Origin: Candidatus Poribacteria bacterium
Lineage (GTDB): Bacteria > Poribacteria > WGA-4E > PCPOR2b
DNA length: 64,000 nucleotides
Reading direction: 5' to 3'
NCBI GenBank assembly: GCA_021295755.1
Contig: JAGWBT010000003.1
Span: 43,129 to 107,128, forward strand
Each line of letters begins with the position of its first letter. Position 1 is the stretch's first letter. The notes under the pieces are model-generated. The model saw only the letters and a list, made by a program, of their open reading frames with translations. It was not told the origin of the DNA and did not search any database. This document shows, one piece after another, positions 35,106 through 44,750 of this stretch. The position numbers were made by a program, and so were the translations under genes.

Positions 35106-36953
35106 ATGAATGATCACGCACATGAATCTCATGATCATCATCATGAAGAGAGTTTTGTTCGTAAATACCTCTTTTCGCTCGATCATAAAATGATTGGCAA
35201 GCAGTTCCTGATCTTTGGTCTGGTTATGTTCATGGTTGGGGGCGGGCTAGCACTGCTTTTCCGTTGGCAACTCGCATGGCCCGACAGGCCCCTTCCCATC
35301 ATTGGAGTCTCCAAAGCATATCAGGAAGAGGGCGAAGTCACAACCGCTGCAGACCGTAAATGGGAGGAACGGTTCGATGATGACAAAGAAACATGGATAG
35401 AGACGAACATGCCGGCCGGCGTAATAGACCCAGCATTTTATAATTCGCTGTTTACAATGCATGCGACTATCATGGTTTTCTTTGTGGTTGTGCCGCTACT
35501 TGTTGGCGCGTTTGGTAATTTCCTCATACCATTGATGATCGGGACCAGAGATATGGCTTTTCCTGTCCTGAATATGCTATCTTTCTGGTTCAACATGCTG
35601 GGAGGGGTTATCATGATGGCTGGGTTCTTCGTCCCCGGTGGGCACGCTGCTGCGGGCTGGACTGGATACGCACCGCTCTCTTCAGTCCCTGAGCTTAGCG
35701 GTGTAGATTGGGGACAGAATCTCTGGTGCATCAGCCTTATCGTCATGGGTATCTCCTCACTGATGGGGTCCATCAACTATATCACCACGATTATCAATAT
35801 GCGAGCACCGGGGATGACCTGGTTCCGTCTCCCACTTGCGATTTGGGCGCTCTTTATCGTCGCTATTCTTCTACTGCTTGCATTCCCTGTGGTCGCTTCT
35901 GCGCTCGCACTAATCCTCTTTGACCGAATGGCGGGAACGTCCTTCTTTTTGGCGGAAGGTGGTGGCGACTCGTTGCTGTGGCAACACCTCTTCTGGTTCT
36001 TCGCGCATCCAGAGGTTTATATCCTCATTCTGCCCGGCATGGGCATGGCATCAGAGATGCTTCCTGTCTTTGCCAGAAAGCCCATCTTCGGCTATAAATC
36101 AATGGTTTTTGCCATGATATCGATCGCCTTTCTCAGTTGGATTGTGTGGGGACACCACATGTTCCAGAGTGGGATGAACCCTGCGCTCGGAGCGAGTTTC
36201 ATGACCACAACCATGTTAATCGCTGTCCCTTCGGCAATCAAAACCTTTAACTGGATCGGCACCCTTCACCGTGCATCAATCCGATTCACGGTGCCAATGT
36301 TAAACACGTTGGCTTTTGTCTCGATGTTTGTTATCGGTGGTCTTAGCGGTATCTACATGGCGAACTCGCCAGTCGATATCTACATCCACGATACATACTA
36401 CATTGTGGCGCATATCCATTACGTTGTCTTCGGTGGAAGCGTCTTCGCTATCTTTGGCGGCATCTTTTACTGGTTCCCTAAGATGTTCGGGCGACACATG
36501 AATGCGACGCTTGGCAAGATTCATTTCTGGATCACCTTCCTCGCCTTTAACGGTGTCTTTTTCCCGATGCACATCCTCGGTGTTGGTGGACACATGCGAC
36601 GCATCGCCAACCCGACGCAGTATGAATTCTTACAACATATGCAAGGGATAAATGTGTTTATTACGATCAGTGCATTTATTTTAGGTGTGGCTCAAATTCT
36701 GCTGCTAGTCAACGTATTCTGGAGTATCTTCCGCGGGAAAGTCGCTGAACAGAATCCGTGGCAAGCAAATACTCTCGAGTGGCATGCACCAACGCCTGTC
36801 CCTCACGGCAACTTCGGAGCGATTCCGCAGGTGTATCACGGACCCTATGAGTACAGCGTTCCCGGTGCTGAAACGGACTGGACGCCGCAGACGGAGCCGA
36901 ACGGCGAATCAGTGCACGGTGAACCCGTCCCTGCCGGAGCTAGTGCGGATTAA
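35106..36953 (+). CDS. coxA: Heme-copper oxidase subunit I
   Basis: LFWFFAHPEVYILILPGMG, the TM6 ligands HH in HIHDTYYIVAHIHYV, 12 or more helices, and 615 aa. Confidence 0.92.
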   Translation: MNDHAHESHDHHHEESFVRKYLFSLDHKMIGKQFLIFGLVMFMVGGGLALLFRWQLAWPDRPLPIIGVSKAYQEEGEVTTAADRKWEERFDDDKETWIETNMPAGVIDPAFYNSLFTMHATIMVFFVVVPLLVGAFGNFLIPLMIGTRDMAFPVLNMLSFWFNMLGGVIMMAGFFVPGGHAAAGWTGYAPLSSVPELSGVDWGQNLWCISLIVMGISSLMGSINYITTIINMRAPGMTWFRLPLAIWALFIVAILLLLAFPVVASALALILFDRMAGTSFFLAEGGGDSLLWQHLFWFFAHPEVYILILPGMGMASEMLPVFARKPIFGYKSMVFAMISIAFLSWIVWGHHMFQSGMNPALGASFMTTTMLIAVPSAIKTFNWIGTLHRASIRFTVPMLNTLAFVSMFVIGGLSGIYMANSPVDIYIHDTYYIVAHIHYVVFGGSVFAIFGGIFYWFPKMFGRHMNATLGKIHFWITFLAFNGVFFPMHILGVGGHMRRIANPTQYEFLQHMQGINVFITISAFILGVAQILLLVNVFWSIFRGKVAEQNPWQANTLEWHAPTPVPHGNFGAIPQVYHGPYEYSVPGAETDWTPQTEPNGESVHGEPVPAGASAD

Positions 36954-36969
36954 GATAATATAGGACGTA

Positions 36970-37011
36970 GAGAACGCAGAGCAAATACTTTTTCTCTGCG
37001 CTCTCTGCGTT
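36970..37011 (+). terminator. Hairpin GAGAACGCAGAG...CTCTGCGCTCTC/CTCTGCGTT after coxA
   Basis: Alternative 9 to 12-bp stems, 17 nt after the stop codon, followed by AAGATTTTA. Confidence 0.35.
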
Positions 37012-37161
37012 AAGATTTTACCACTAACAACTCATTCTATTTTCTTGCATGGAAAGCCAAAGTATCTGTGCGATGGCTTCCAAAACCATCGGTCTAAAAG
37101 AGATCCCCAAATCTGTGTTTATCTGCGTCCTATCTAAGCCAAGGAGGTTGTTACTGGCTCA

Positions 37162-38304
37162 ATGTATCGTCCATGGCTTCATAGACTTGCTGTACTTACC
37201 GCTGTAACGACTTTCATCCTGATCTGCATGGGTGGGCTTGTAACTAGCACGAATTCAGGGATGGCTGTCCCCGATTGGCCCACAACATTCGGATACAACA
37301 TGTTTCTCTATCCGCTCTCTAAAACGGTCAGCGGATTCCTGTTCAGCGTTGATCCAAATCTCCAAGCTGATTTGGATACGGGCAATCTGTCCGTGGGGCT
37401 ACGGAAGGCACTTGAAAAAAACGAGATTTCCGTATCAGAAAATGTTATAATTTCAACCGAAGAGCAGGGCAGTAAGTGGAGACTCGCAGATCGAAAGAAT
37501 GAACGAACCTATACGCTGATTAAATCGGGCGAGCGGCTTGATGTATATGTTCATGGCGTGCTGTACGAACATAGCCATCGGTTGATTGGTTCTATCGTTG
37601 GTTTTCTGACGATTGCATTGATGGTATCAATCTGGGCGAAAGATAGGCGGAAATGGATGAAATGGCTCGGCGTTATCGCCCTCGTTGCAGTTATTGCTCA
37701 GGGGGTGATGGGTGGCCTCCGTGTTACGAATCTCAGTAGGGTTCTGGCTATCATACACGCCTGTTTTGCCCAAGCGTTTTTTGCGTTGACTGCAAGTCTT
37801 GCGTTGTTTACTTCGCTCAGTTGGTTGCAAATGTCGGCGAAAATTGAGATTACAGATGCTGCGCGCCTGAAAAATTTGAGTCTCATCACATTGGGACTTA
37901 TCTATATCCAATTCATCTTTGGTGCCGTGTTGAGGCATACAGGGAATCGACTGGATGCCCACCTGCTTTTCGCGGGCCTAGTAACAATTCACATATTTCT
38001 CCTTTTGAGACGAATCTCGAAAAATTATCCGGAAAATCCAGCCCTTGTTCGTCTTATTTTGCTGTTGAGTGGTCTGCTTGCCGTACAATTGACTTTGGGT
38101 ATCGGGGCATACCTCGCCGAGTTCACCGCTTTTGGCGAAGGCGTGCCTCCTGTTGCCGGTGTAATAATCACAACGGCCCATGCTGCCATTGGTGCTTTAA
38201 TGTTGGTTGTTTCTGTCGTACTAACACTGGACGTTTTTCGATTCACAAGTAGATCAGAACCTGTTGCAAGTCGAAGTATCGTTTCCGATGAGGTGTCTGC
38301 ATGA
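37162..38304 (+). CDS. ctaA: Heme A synthase (CtaA/COX15 family)
   Basis: N-terminus RLAVLTAVTTFILICMGGLVTST and His-containing helices (HRLIGS, HACFAQ, HLLFAGLVTIH). The predicted periplasmic loop 1 carries no Cys pair. Confidence 0.8.
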   Translation: MYRPWLHRLAVLTAVTTFILICMGGLVTSTNSGMAVPDWPTTFGYNMFLYPLSKTVSGFLFSVDPNLQADLDTGNLSVGLRKALEKNEISVSENVIISTEEQGSKWRLADRKNERTYTLIKSGERLDVYVHGVLYEHSHRLIGSIVGFLTIALMVSIWAKDRRKWMKWLGVIALVAVIAQGVMGGLRVTNLSRVLAIIHACFAQAFFALTASLALFTSLSWLQMSAKIEITDAARLKNLSLITLGLIYIQFIFGAVLRHTGNRLDAHLLFAGLVTIHIFLLLRRISKNYPENPALVRLILLLSGLLAVQLTLGIGAYLAEFTAFGEGVPPVAGVIITTAHAAIGALMLVVSVVLTLDVFRFTSRSEPVASRSIVSDEVSA

Positions 38305-39203
38305 TATCAACAACAGAGACGCTAGGGGTTGACCTATCCCAAATGAGTCGTCGAATGTCGGCTCTTGTTGAACTGACAAAGCCACGGCTCGTTTCGATGA
38401 TACTGATTACAACATCAGCCGGCTTTTATATTGCCTCCTCGCAACCGCTTAATTGGTTGCAACTAATTCACACCATCGTCGGCACGGGGTTATCAGCAGC
38501 GGGCGTATTAGCGCTCAATCAGTACCTTGAACGTGATCTGGACGCCCAGATGGTGAGAACGTGCCACCGCCCGCTGCCGGATCAACGTCTTCAACCGACG
38601 ACAGCCCTGTTTTTTGGGGTTTTATTGACCGTCAGCGGTTTGCTCTATATGGCATTTTCCGTGAACGCCCTAGGCGCATTGGTCATCTCTGCTATCGTTG
38701 TGACGTATCTGTTTGTCTATACCCCACTGAAGCAGAAAACATCGCTCTGTACTGTTGCAGGTGCGTTTCCGGGGGCGTTACCACCTGTTATCGGTTGGGT
38801 TGCAGCGCGAGGGACACTCAATATCGAAGCGTGGGTGCTTTTTGCAATTCTGTTCCTTTGGCAACTACCACACTCGCTGTCAATCGCGTTTATCTATCGT
38901 GAAGAGTACGCCCAAGCTGGATTCCGTTTGTTGCCGGTTATCCATCCTGACGGCAAGAGCACGAACAGACAGATTGTCATCAACTGTCTTGGACTTCTCG
39001 TTGTAGCGCTACTGCCTACGTTAATAGGTATTGCTGGTATCATTTATTTTTTCGCCGCGCTTACGTTGAGCATCATCTTTCTTGGATTTGGCATCAACCT
39101 ATCTATTTCTCGATCGACCGTAGCAGCAAAACGATTGCTGTACGCCTCATTGATGTATCTGCCGCTTGTGTTTCTGGTCATGGCACTCGACAGATTGGTA
39201 TAA
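38301..39203 (+). CDS. ctaB: Protoheme IX farnesyltransferase (heme O synthase)
   Basis: UbiA-family signatures (NQYLERDLDAQMVRTCHRPLP), 300 aa, and an overlap with the ctaA stop codon. Confidence 0.88.
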   Translation: MISTTETLGVDLSQMSRRMSALVELTKPRLVSMILITTSAGFYIASSQPLNWLQLIHTIVGTGLSAAGVLALNQYLERDLDAQMVRTCHRPLPDQRLQPTTALFFGVLLTVSGLLYMAFSVNALGALVISAIVVTYLFVYTPLKQKTSLCTVAGAFPGALPPVIGWVAARGTLNIEAWVLFAILFLWQLPHSLSIAFIYREEYAQAGFRLLPVIHPDGKSTNRQIVINCLGLLVVALLPTLIGIAGIIYFFAALTLSIIFLGFGINLSISRSTVAAKRLLYASLMYLPLVFLVMALDRLV

Positions 39204-39421
39204 TGGCATGGGGGTATCAAATTTAAATGAGTGCTAACGAAAAACAGGGTCAAAACCGACGGATCGGTTGGTTCTTATTCGCGATATTTATCATCCTATT
39301 TATTTGTGCAACGATTCTCGCAATCGTCAAAAACTAATGTATTGTGATCGAGGTTTTCTAGCCTCGATTGTATCGCAATAAAGATTTTCCACCTTTTTTA
39401 CGTTTCATTTTTTTACCGACG

Positions 39422-40027
39422 ATGAATGAACTAGAACACACATCATACGAACGTGCGGAAGAGGAAAACCGACCAATCAGCAATGCACGGTTAGCTGTGT
39501 TGGTACTCCTAGGAGCCGAAATCATGTTTTTCGCAGGGTTGATCGGGACATTCCTTGTATTCCGTTTGGGGAGTGTCACTTGGCCCCCCCCATCGCAGGC
39601 TGATGTTCGTTTGCCCATTGGTGTGACTGGACTGAATACAATCGTCCTGCTCTTGAGCGGCTATACAATGTTTCAGGGGCTACGAGCCATTCGGCAGGAT
39701 CGTCAGAAAGAACTCAGAAACTGGCTGTTCGCGACGGGACTTCTTGGTGTAATTTTCCTTGTGGTGCAAGGCTCTGAATGGGTCCGTTTAGTGCATCACG
39801 GTTTTACACTTTCATCGGGGGTATACGGCTCAGTCTTCTATGTCCTCATCGGTTGTCATGCTTTGCATGTTCTGATAGCAGTTTTCTGGCTGTTAGCGGT
39901 TTTCGCTCGGGCAATAGCCGGCCGGTTTTCTGCGAATCAATACGTTGGAGTTGAAGTTTGTGCAATTTACTGGGCGTTTGTTGTCGTGTTATGGCCCCTT
40001 CTTTATATTCTTGTATACTTAATCTAA
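39422..40027 (+). CDS. coxC: Heme-copper oxidase subunit III (short 5-TM type), copy 1
   Basis: COX3 family signature GSVFYVLIGCHALHVLIAVFWL. The start is uncertain: the ATG at 39422 is used here, and an upstream TTG at 39368 is possible. Confidence 0.75.
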   Translation: MNELEHTSYERAEEENRPISNARLAVLVLLGAEIMFFAGLIGTFLVFRLGSVTWPPPSQADVRLPIGVTGLNTIVLLLSGYTMFQGLRAIRQDRQKELRNWLFATGLLGVIFLVVQGSEWVRLVHHGFTLSSGVYGSVFYVLIGCHALHVLIAVFWLLAVFARAIAGRFSANQYVGVEVCAIYWAFVVVLWPLLYILVYLI

Positions 40028-40077
40028 ATGGAGTTTAGCGGAGAGCAGGACCTCTCTAGCTCCCTGGAGATTCAGAA

Positions 40078-40299
40078 ATGACAGCCATACCCAAAAAAAG
40101 GCACCAATCAAAAAAGAAAAAAGCTCTTGATTCGATAAATGAAGAAACCGTTGTGCAATGTCAGTCGCAAAAACCGATTTGGAAAGTTGTTGCTGATATT
40201 GGGTCACAGATTCCCTTGGCAACGTGGGAAAAAGTCCCCGATGATGCTTCAATTAATTTCAAGCATTATCTTTACGGGGAACCCAAAAGGAACGCATGA
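40078..40299 (+). CDS. Putative antitoxin of a type II toxin-antitoxin pair (VapB-like)
   Basis: 73-aa Lys-rich ORF whose stop codon overlaps the PIN-toxin start codon (ATGA). Its C-terminal motif (...INFKHYLYGEPKR) resembles those I associate with PIN-partner antitoxins. Confidence 0.5.
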   Translation: MTAIPKKRHQSKKKKALDSINEETVVQCQSQKPIWKVVADIGSQIPLATWEKVPDDASINFKHYLYGEPKRNA

Positions 40300-40712
40300 A
40301 TGCCGTATTTGCTGATGCGGGATATTGGATTGCGCTGTTCAATCCTCGCGATCGGTTGCATGACATAGCAACTGCTGTGTCTCAAACTATAGAGAATCGA
40401 TCCATTGTTACCAGTCAGTTGGTGTTAATGGAATTCCTCAATTACTATGCCTCACTGGGTCGGATATTTCGGCAACGGGCAGTAGAAGTCGCGAGAAGTC
40501 TTCAACAATATCCGAACGTTGAAGTTGTCCCTTTGTCTGATGAACAGTTTGAAGCGGCATTGACTATGTATGCTCAGCGGCAAGATAAAACATGGGGGCT
40601 CATCGACTGTGCATCATTCCTCATTATGCAACAACGGCGTATTACAGAAGCACTTGCCTATGATGAACATTTCAGGCAAGCAGGTTTCATTCCTTTATTA
40701 CGCGAGAATTAG
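40296..40712 (+). CDS. vapC: PIN-domain toxin (VapC family)
   Basis: PIN acidic motifs: the N-terminal FADAGYWIALFNPRD and the distal LIDCASFLIMQQRRITEALAYDEHF; 138 aa. Confidence 0.75.
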   Translation: MNAVFADAGYWIALFNPRDRLHDIATAVSQTIENRSIVTSQLVLMEFLNYYASLGRIFRQRAVEVARSLQQYPNVEVVPLSDEQFEAALTMYAQRQDKTWGLIDCASFLIMQQRRITEALAYDEHFRQAGFIPLLREN

Positions 40713-40861
40713 ATGAAGGGGTACCTATCACGTCGGTGTGTCTGACAAGTTTTTCCAATGCAGGTCGGGATTGTTGGAAACGGTACGGCGTCAAAACTGA
40801 TTTTACAGTATGCAAATTCGTATAAGTCGTTATCTTCATTTCGCGAGTAAGGAGATTTCTT

Positions 40862-41116
40862 ATGATTCGTCGATATTTTTCACTCATAGTAGGGATTATG
40901 GTTCTTGCGTTGCTGATACCAACAGTTGTGGAAGCCTGTCCCTCATGTAAGACGATTGATGACCCAATTGTTCAGGGCTTTAAGTGGAGTATTCTATTCC
41001 TTATGGCAATGCCCTATATTGTTTCCGGCCTAATTGGCGGTGGCGTGTTCTATGTATACTACCGCACACATCGGGCCGGTAATCGTAAACCACCTTCAAA
41101 TGTGAAAGGAGTGTGA
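40862..41116 (+). CDS. Small membrane protein with a periplasm-proximal CxxC (CPSC) motif; possible oxidase accessory or assembly subunit
   Basis: 84 aa with two hydrophobic helices and an AGGAG RBS. It sits between the vapBC pair and the second coxC. Confidence 0.4.
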   Translation: MIRRYFSLIVGIMVLALLIPTVVEACPSCKTIDDPIVQGFKWSILFLMAMPYIVSGLIGGGVFYVYYRTHRAGNRKPPSNVKGV

Positions 41117-41119
41117 AAA

Positions 41120-41764
41120 TTGGAAGAAACTACAACACTCGATCATTCCGCAGATGTCTACGAACCATCCCTCACGCCCGATAGTCTGGGCAAGCTGGGG
41201 ATGTGGCTCTTTCTTATTAGCGATGCGATGTCCTTTGGTGCGTTGCTCGCTGCCTACGGTGCCGTGCGCGCCGGTGCAGCGGAATGGGCACCCCCAGCCG
41301 AAATACTCGGCATTAACCTCACAGCGGGCATGACCTTTCTGTTAATCTGCAGTAGTGTTACGATGGTCAAAGCCCTTGAAGCTATCCAGAACGGTAACCA
41401 ATCGAGGATGTGTACCTTTCTCGGCTTGACGATTCTGGGTGGACTAATCTTCCTAGGGCTGCAAGCGTATGAATGGACAGCACTAATCAAGCACGGTCTC
41501 ACCCTCACCACAATTCCTCATCACGGGTTGACTGGTGCTGAGATTTCCGGCTCGGTGCTTTTTGGTCCAACTTTCTACACTATTACAGGTTTCCACGGTG
41601 CCCACGTCACCGGCGGGGTCATCTACCTTATCGTTATCTTGATTAAGGGGCTGCGAGGAACATACACAGCCGAATATAACCACAAAGTTGAGATTTTGGG
41701 GCTATATTGGCACTTCGTTGACCTAATCTGGATCATGGTCTTTACTTTTGTCTATCTACTGTAA
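41120..41764 (+). CDS. coxC: Heme-copper oxidase subunit III, copy 2
   Basis: COX3 family segment MWLFLISDAMSFGALLAAY...TITGFHGAHVTGGVIYL. It has a TTG start with an AAGGAG RBS and is paralogous to 39422-40027. Confidence 0.75.
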   Translation: MEETTTLDHSADVYEPSLTPDSLGKLGMWLFLISDAMSFGALLAAYGAVRAGAAEWAPPAEILGINLTAGMTFLLICSSVTMVKALEAIQNGNQSRMCTFLGLTILGGLIFLGLQAYEWTALIKHGLTLTTIPHHGLTGAEISGSVLFGPTFYTITGFHGAHVTGGVIYLIVILIKGLRGTYTAEYNHKVEILGLYWHFVDLIWIMVFTFVYLL

Positions 41765-41784
41765 TCACCGAATGGAGAATCAAG

Positions 41785-42126
41785 ATGGAACACGCTCATA
41801 AAGAACATCCGAAATACATGAGAATATTTTGGATTCTTTTCGCACTCACAATCCTTGAAGTCGCTGTCGCCATGCCTTTTTTGAAGGCGGTTTTGGGGCA
41901 GACTGCGACTGCACTCCTGCTAATTGGTATGGCATGTTCTAAAGCGGTTTATGTCGCGCTCTATTTCATGCACCTGAAATTTGAGAAAAGAACCTTGATG
42001 ATCATTGCGCTGACACCATTTATTATCTGTGTTTTTCTCGTGTTTATGCTGCTTCCGGATCTGATGGACGATGCTCGCCATGAGGGAGCTAAAGCGGAAT
42101 CTCAGGTCGTTGATACATCTCGCTAA
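41785..42126 (+). CDS. coxD: Heme-copper oxidase subunit IV (CoxD/CyoD-like)
   Basis: 113 aa with three TM helices; HPKYMRIFWILFALTILEV is typical of prokaryotic subunit IV. Confidence 0.65.
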   Translation: MEHAHKEHPKYMRIFWILFALTILEVAVAMPFLKAVLGQTATALLLIGMACSKAVYVALYFMHLKFEKRTLMIIALTPFIICVFLVFMLLPDLMDDARHEGAKAESQVVDTSR

Positions 42127-42188
42127 TGTAAAAAGTAACGCGTGAAACGTGAGATTTTTTATGTTGCACGTATTAGGGTTTATGCCTT

Positions 42189-42857
42189 ATGTCTATGGAA
42201 GCCGAAGTCAAATCTTCAGAACAGGACGCTAGACCCAGTGACCGTATGCTGCGCGGACTTCTCTGGGGTGTGTTAGCCCTCGTGATTGTTGGCATCTTGG
42301 GTGCCAATTTCTGGACCTTCGTTCATCAAAAGTCCAGCACAACTTCTGAGTCGGCAACTTCGTTGTCAGAACTCGCGGCTCATGGACAACTGCCGGACTT
42401 TTCCTTGACTGATCAGCTTGGTGCTTCCTTTGCGTTGTCCGATCTCCAGGATAAAGTTTGGGTCGCCGATTTCATCTTTACCAGTTGTGGGACAATCTGT
42501 CCGCCAATGACGATTGAAATGGCACGTCTTCAAGACGAATTTGCCGCGGGGGACCTCCATTTCGTCTCTTTCTCCGTAGATCCAGAACAGGATACCCCTG
42601 AAGCTCTCTTTCGTTATGCAGATTACTATGGGGCAGACAGCGATCGTTGGTCGTTCTTGACCGGACAGAAAGAAGCTATCTATCAACTGGCTCAAGATGG
42701 TTTTAGCTTAGCAGCCGGTCATCGTGGAAGCGAAATCCTTCACAGTACCCGGTTTGTGCTCGTTGATCGAAACCAGCAGGTACGTGGCTACTACGATAGT
42801 CGGAGCAAGGCACATCTCCAACAACTTCGCCAGGATATGCAAACCCTGCTCAGGTAA
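42189..42857 (+). CDS. sco: SCO1/SenC copper chaperone (thioredoxin fold)
   Basis: CxxxCP motif FTSCGTICP and a conserved His downstream, with an N-terminal TM anchor. Confidence 0.8.
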   Translation: MSMEAEVKSSEQDARPSDRMLRGLLWGVLALVIVGILGANFWTFVHQKSSTTSESATSLSELAAHGQLPDFSLTDQLGASFALSDLQDKVWVADFIFTSCGTICPPMTIEMARLQDEFAAGDLHFVSFSVDPEQDTPEALFRYADYYGADSDRWSFLTGQKEAIYQLAQDGFSLAAGHRGSEILHSTRFVLVDRNQQVRGYYDSRSKAHLQQLRQDMQTLLR

Positions 42858-42967
42858 AATCCGTTGTGGTTTCCAGATTGAGCCTGCTACATACTTGTGC
42901 CTCTAGGCACCCATTAACGCTGGCTTAAAATGCGTTCCTAAGTAAAGAAAGGATACAGGAAAGGTTT

Positions 42968-44671
42968 ATGATTGAATACGATGTGCTCGTTATTGGCGGC
43001 GGTTTGGCGGGGATGAGTGCTGCCCTGCATGCGGGAGAGGCCGGTGCGAGCGTGGCAATGGTGTCCAAGGTTTACCCAACCCGCTCCCACTCGGCTGCTG
43101 CACAAGGTGGTATTAACGCAGCGCTAGGGATTGAAGACTCGTGGGAGGTTCACGCTTATGAGACCGTCAAGGGCAGCGACTTCTTAGGCGACCAAGATGC
43201 CATCGAAATCCTTTGCCGCGACGGTATTCAGGATGTCTTCGCTCTTGAACATTGGGGCGTTATTTTTGACCGCAACGAAGAGGGAAACATCCACATGCGT
43301 GGCTTCGGCGGAACTGACAAGAGCCGTACGTGCCATGTCGGTGATATGACCGGGCAGACCATTTTGCACGTCATGTATGAGCGCCTGCTCAGGATGAATG
43401 TCAAATCCTACGATGAATGGTTCGTGACGACGCTGCTCATGGAAGAAGGCGCATGCTGTGGTGCCGTGGCGATGGATATAACGAGTGGCAAGTTAGAAGT
43501 CTTTAAGGCGAAAGCGGTCATTATCTGCACCGGCGGTTGTGGACGGGTCTACGAGCCAAGTACCAATGGGCTTATTGTGACGGGCGATGGGTTGTCTTTA
43601 GCCTACCGTGTTGGTGCCCTGCTTATGGACATGGAGATGGTACAATATCATCCGACTACACTTCCTGCCAACGGCTTTCTCATCACGGAGGGCGCGCGCG
43701 GCGAAGGCGCGTATCTGCTGAACTCCGAGGGCGAACGGTTTATGCAGGAGGAACGCTACGGCGCAACAACATTGGAGGAAAAAGCCTCGCGCGATGTGGT
43801 CTCTCGCGCTGAAACAATCGAAATCCAAGAAGGACGTGGGATTGATGGCTGCGTGTTGCTCGATTGCCGACACATCAAAGACCGTATTTTAGAAGCTTTT
43901 CATCAAATTTCTGAACTCGCAATTGATTATGCTGGGGTGGACATTACGCAGCAGCCCCTACCGATTCGACCAGGGATGCATTATATGATGGGTGGCATTA
44001 AGACCGATATAGATGGGCGCTGCTATCGACATAACGGCGATGGGTCAGAACCACTGCCCGGCTTGTACTCGGCCGGTGAGGCTGCCTGTGTCTCAGCACA
44101 TGGAGCAAATCGACTCGGAGGCAACAGCCTGCTGGACTGTGTTACATTTGGCCGGAAAGCGGGGGTACATGCAGCGGAATATGCCAGCAGCATTAACTCC
44201 CCCAATATCTCCGAAGCGGTCACTGGGGTGGAGGAGCAGAAAATTAGTGACCTCTTTGCCCGCTCGACGAACGAGCGTGCCCCCGCTCTGCGACTGGAAA
44301 TGGGCGAGATTATGCATACCTTCACTGGTGTGTTTCGCGAAGAAGCCGGTTTGCTTGAAGCACAGCGCAGAATCCACGCTGTCCGTGAACGTTTTCCAGA
44401 AGTTTCTGTTCACGACAAGGGTAGAGTGTTCAATACCGATTTGCTAGCTGTTTTAGAGCTGGACTTCATGTTCGATTGTGCTGAAACGATTATCGCTAGT
44501 GCCCTTGCGCGCAAAGAGAGCCGCGGTGCCCACACCCGCACCGATTATCCTGAACGGGACGATGAGAACTGGCTTAAGCATGTGGCTGTCTACCATACCC
44601 CTGATGGACCTGTAGTTACCTATCTGCCGGTAACGATTACAAAATGGCAGCCAGAGGCACGCCAGTACTAA
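42968..44671 (+). CDS. sdhA: Succinate dehydrogenase/fumarate reductase flavoprotein subunit
   Basis: GGGLAG dinucleotide fold and the covalent-FAD His context RSHSAAAQGG; 567 aa. Confidence 0.92.
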   Translation: MIEYDVLVIGGGLAGMSAALHAGEAGASVAMVSKVYPTRSHSAAAQGGINAALGIEDSWEVHAYETVKGSDFLGDQDAIEILCRDGIQDVFALEHWGVIFDRNEEGNIHMRGFGGTDKSRTCHVGDMTGQTILHVMYERLLRMNVKSYDEWFVTTLLMEEGACCGAVAMDITSGKLEVFKAKAVIICTGGCGRVYEPSTNGLIVTGDGLSLAYRVGALLMDMEMVQYHPTTLPANGFLITEGARGEGAYLLNSEGERFMQEERYGATTLEEKASRDVVSRAETIEIQEGRGIDGCVLLDCRHIKDRILEAFHQISELAIDYAGVDITQQPLPIRPGMHYMMGGIKTDIDGRCYRHNGDGSEPLPGLYSAGEAACVSAHGANRLGGNSLLDCVTFGRKAGVHAAEYASSINSPNISEAVTGVEEQKISDLFARSTNERAPALRLEMGEIMHTFTGVFREEAGLLEAQRRIHAVRERFPEVSVHDKGRVFNTDLLAVLELDFMFDCAETIIASALARKESRGAHTRTDYPERDDENWLKHVAVYHTPDGPVVTYLPVTITKWQPEARQY

Positions 44672-44750
44672 GGTGTAATATATAAAGCTTAGAGAGTAAA
44701 AAGTCAATAGACGTTTAGACACATTACTCACGACGTACAGGAGATAAAGA

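Noticed and set aside
42127-42165. Intrinsic terminator after coxD (AACGCGTGAAACGTGAG-TTTTTT)
   Set aside because: No convincing stem, since the arms are direct rather than inverted repeats, although a T-run is present. It is more likely a reverse copy of the CACGTTT repeat motif.
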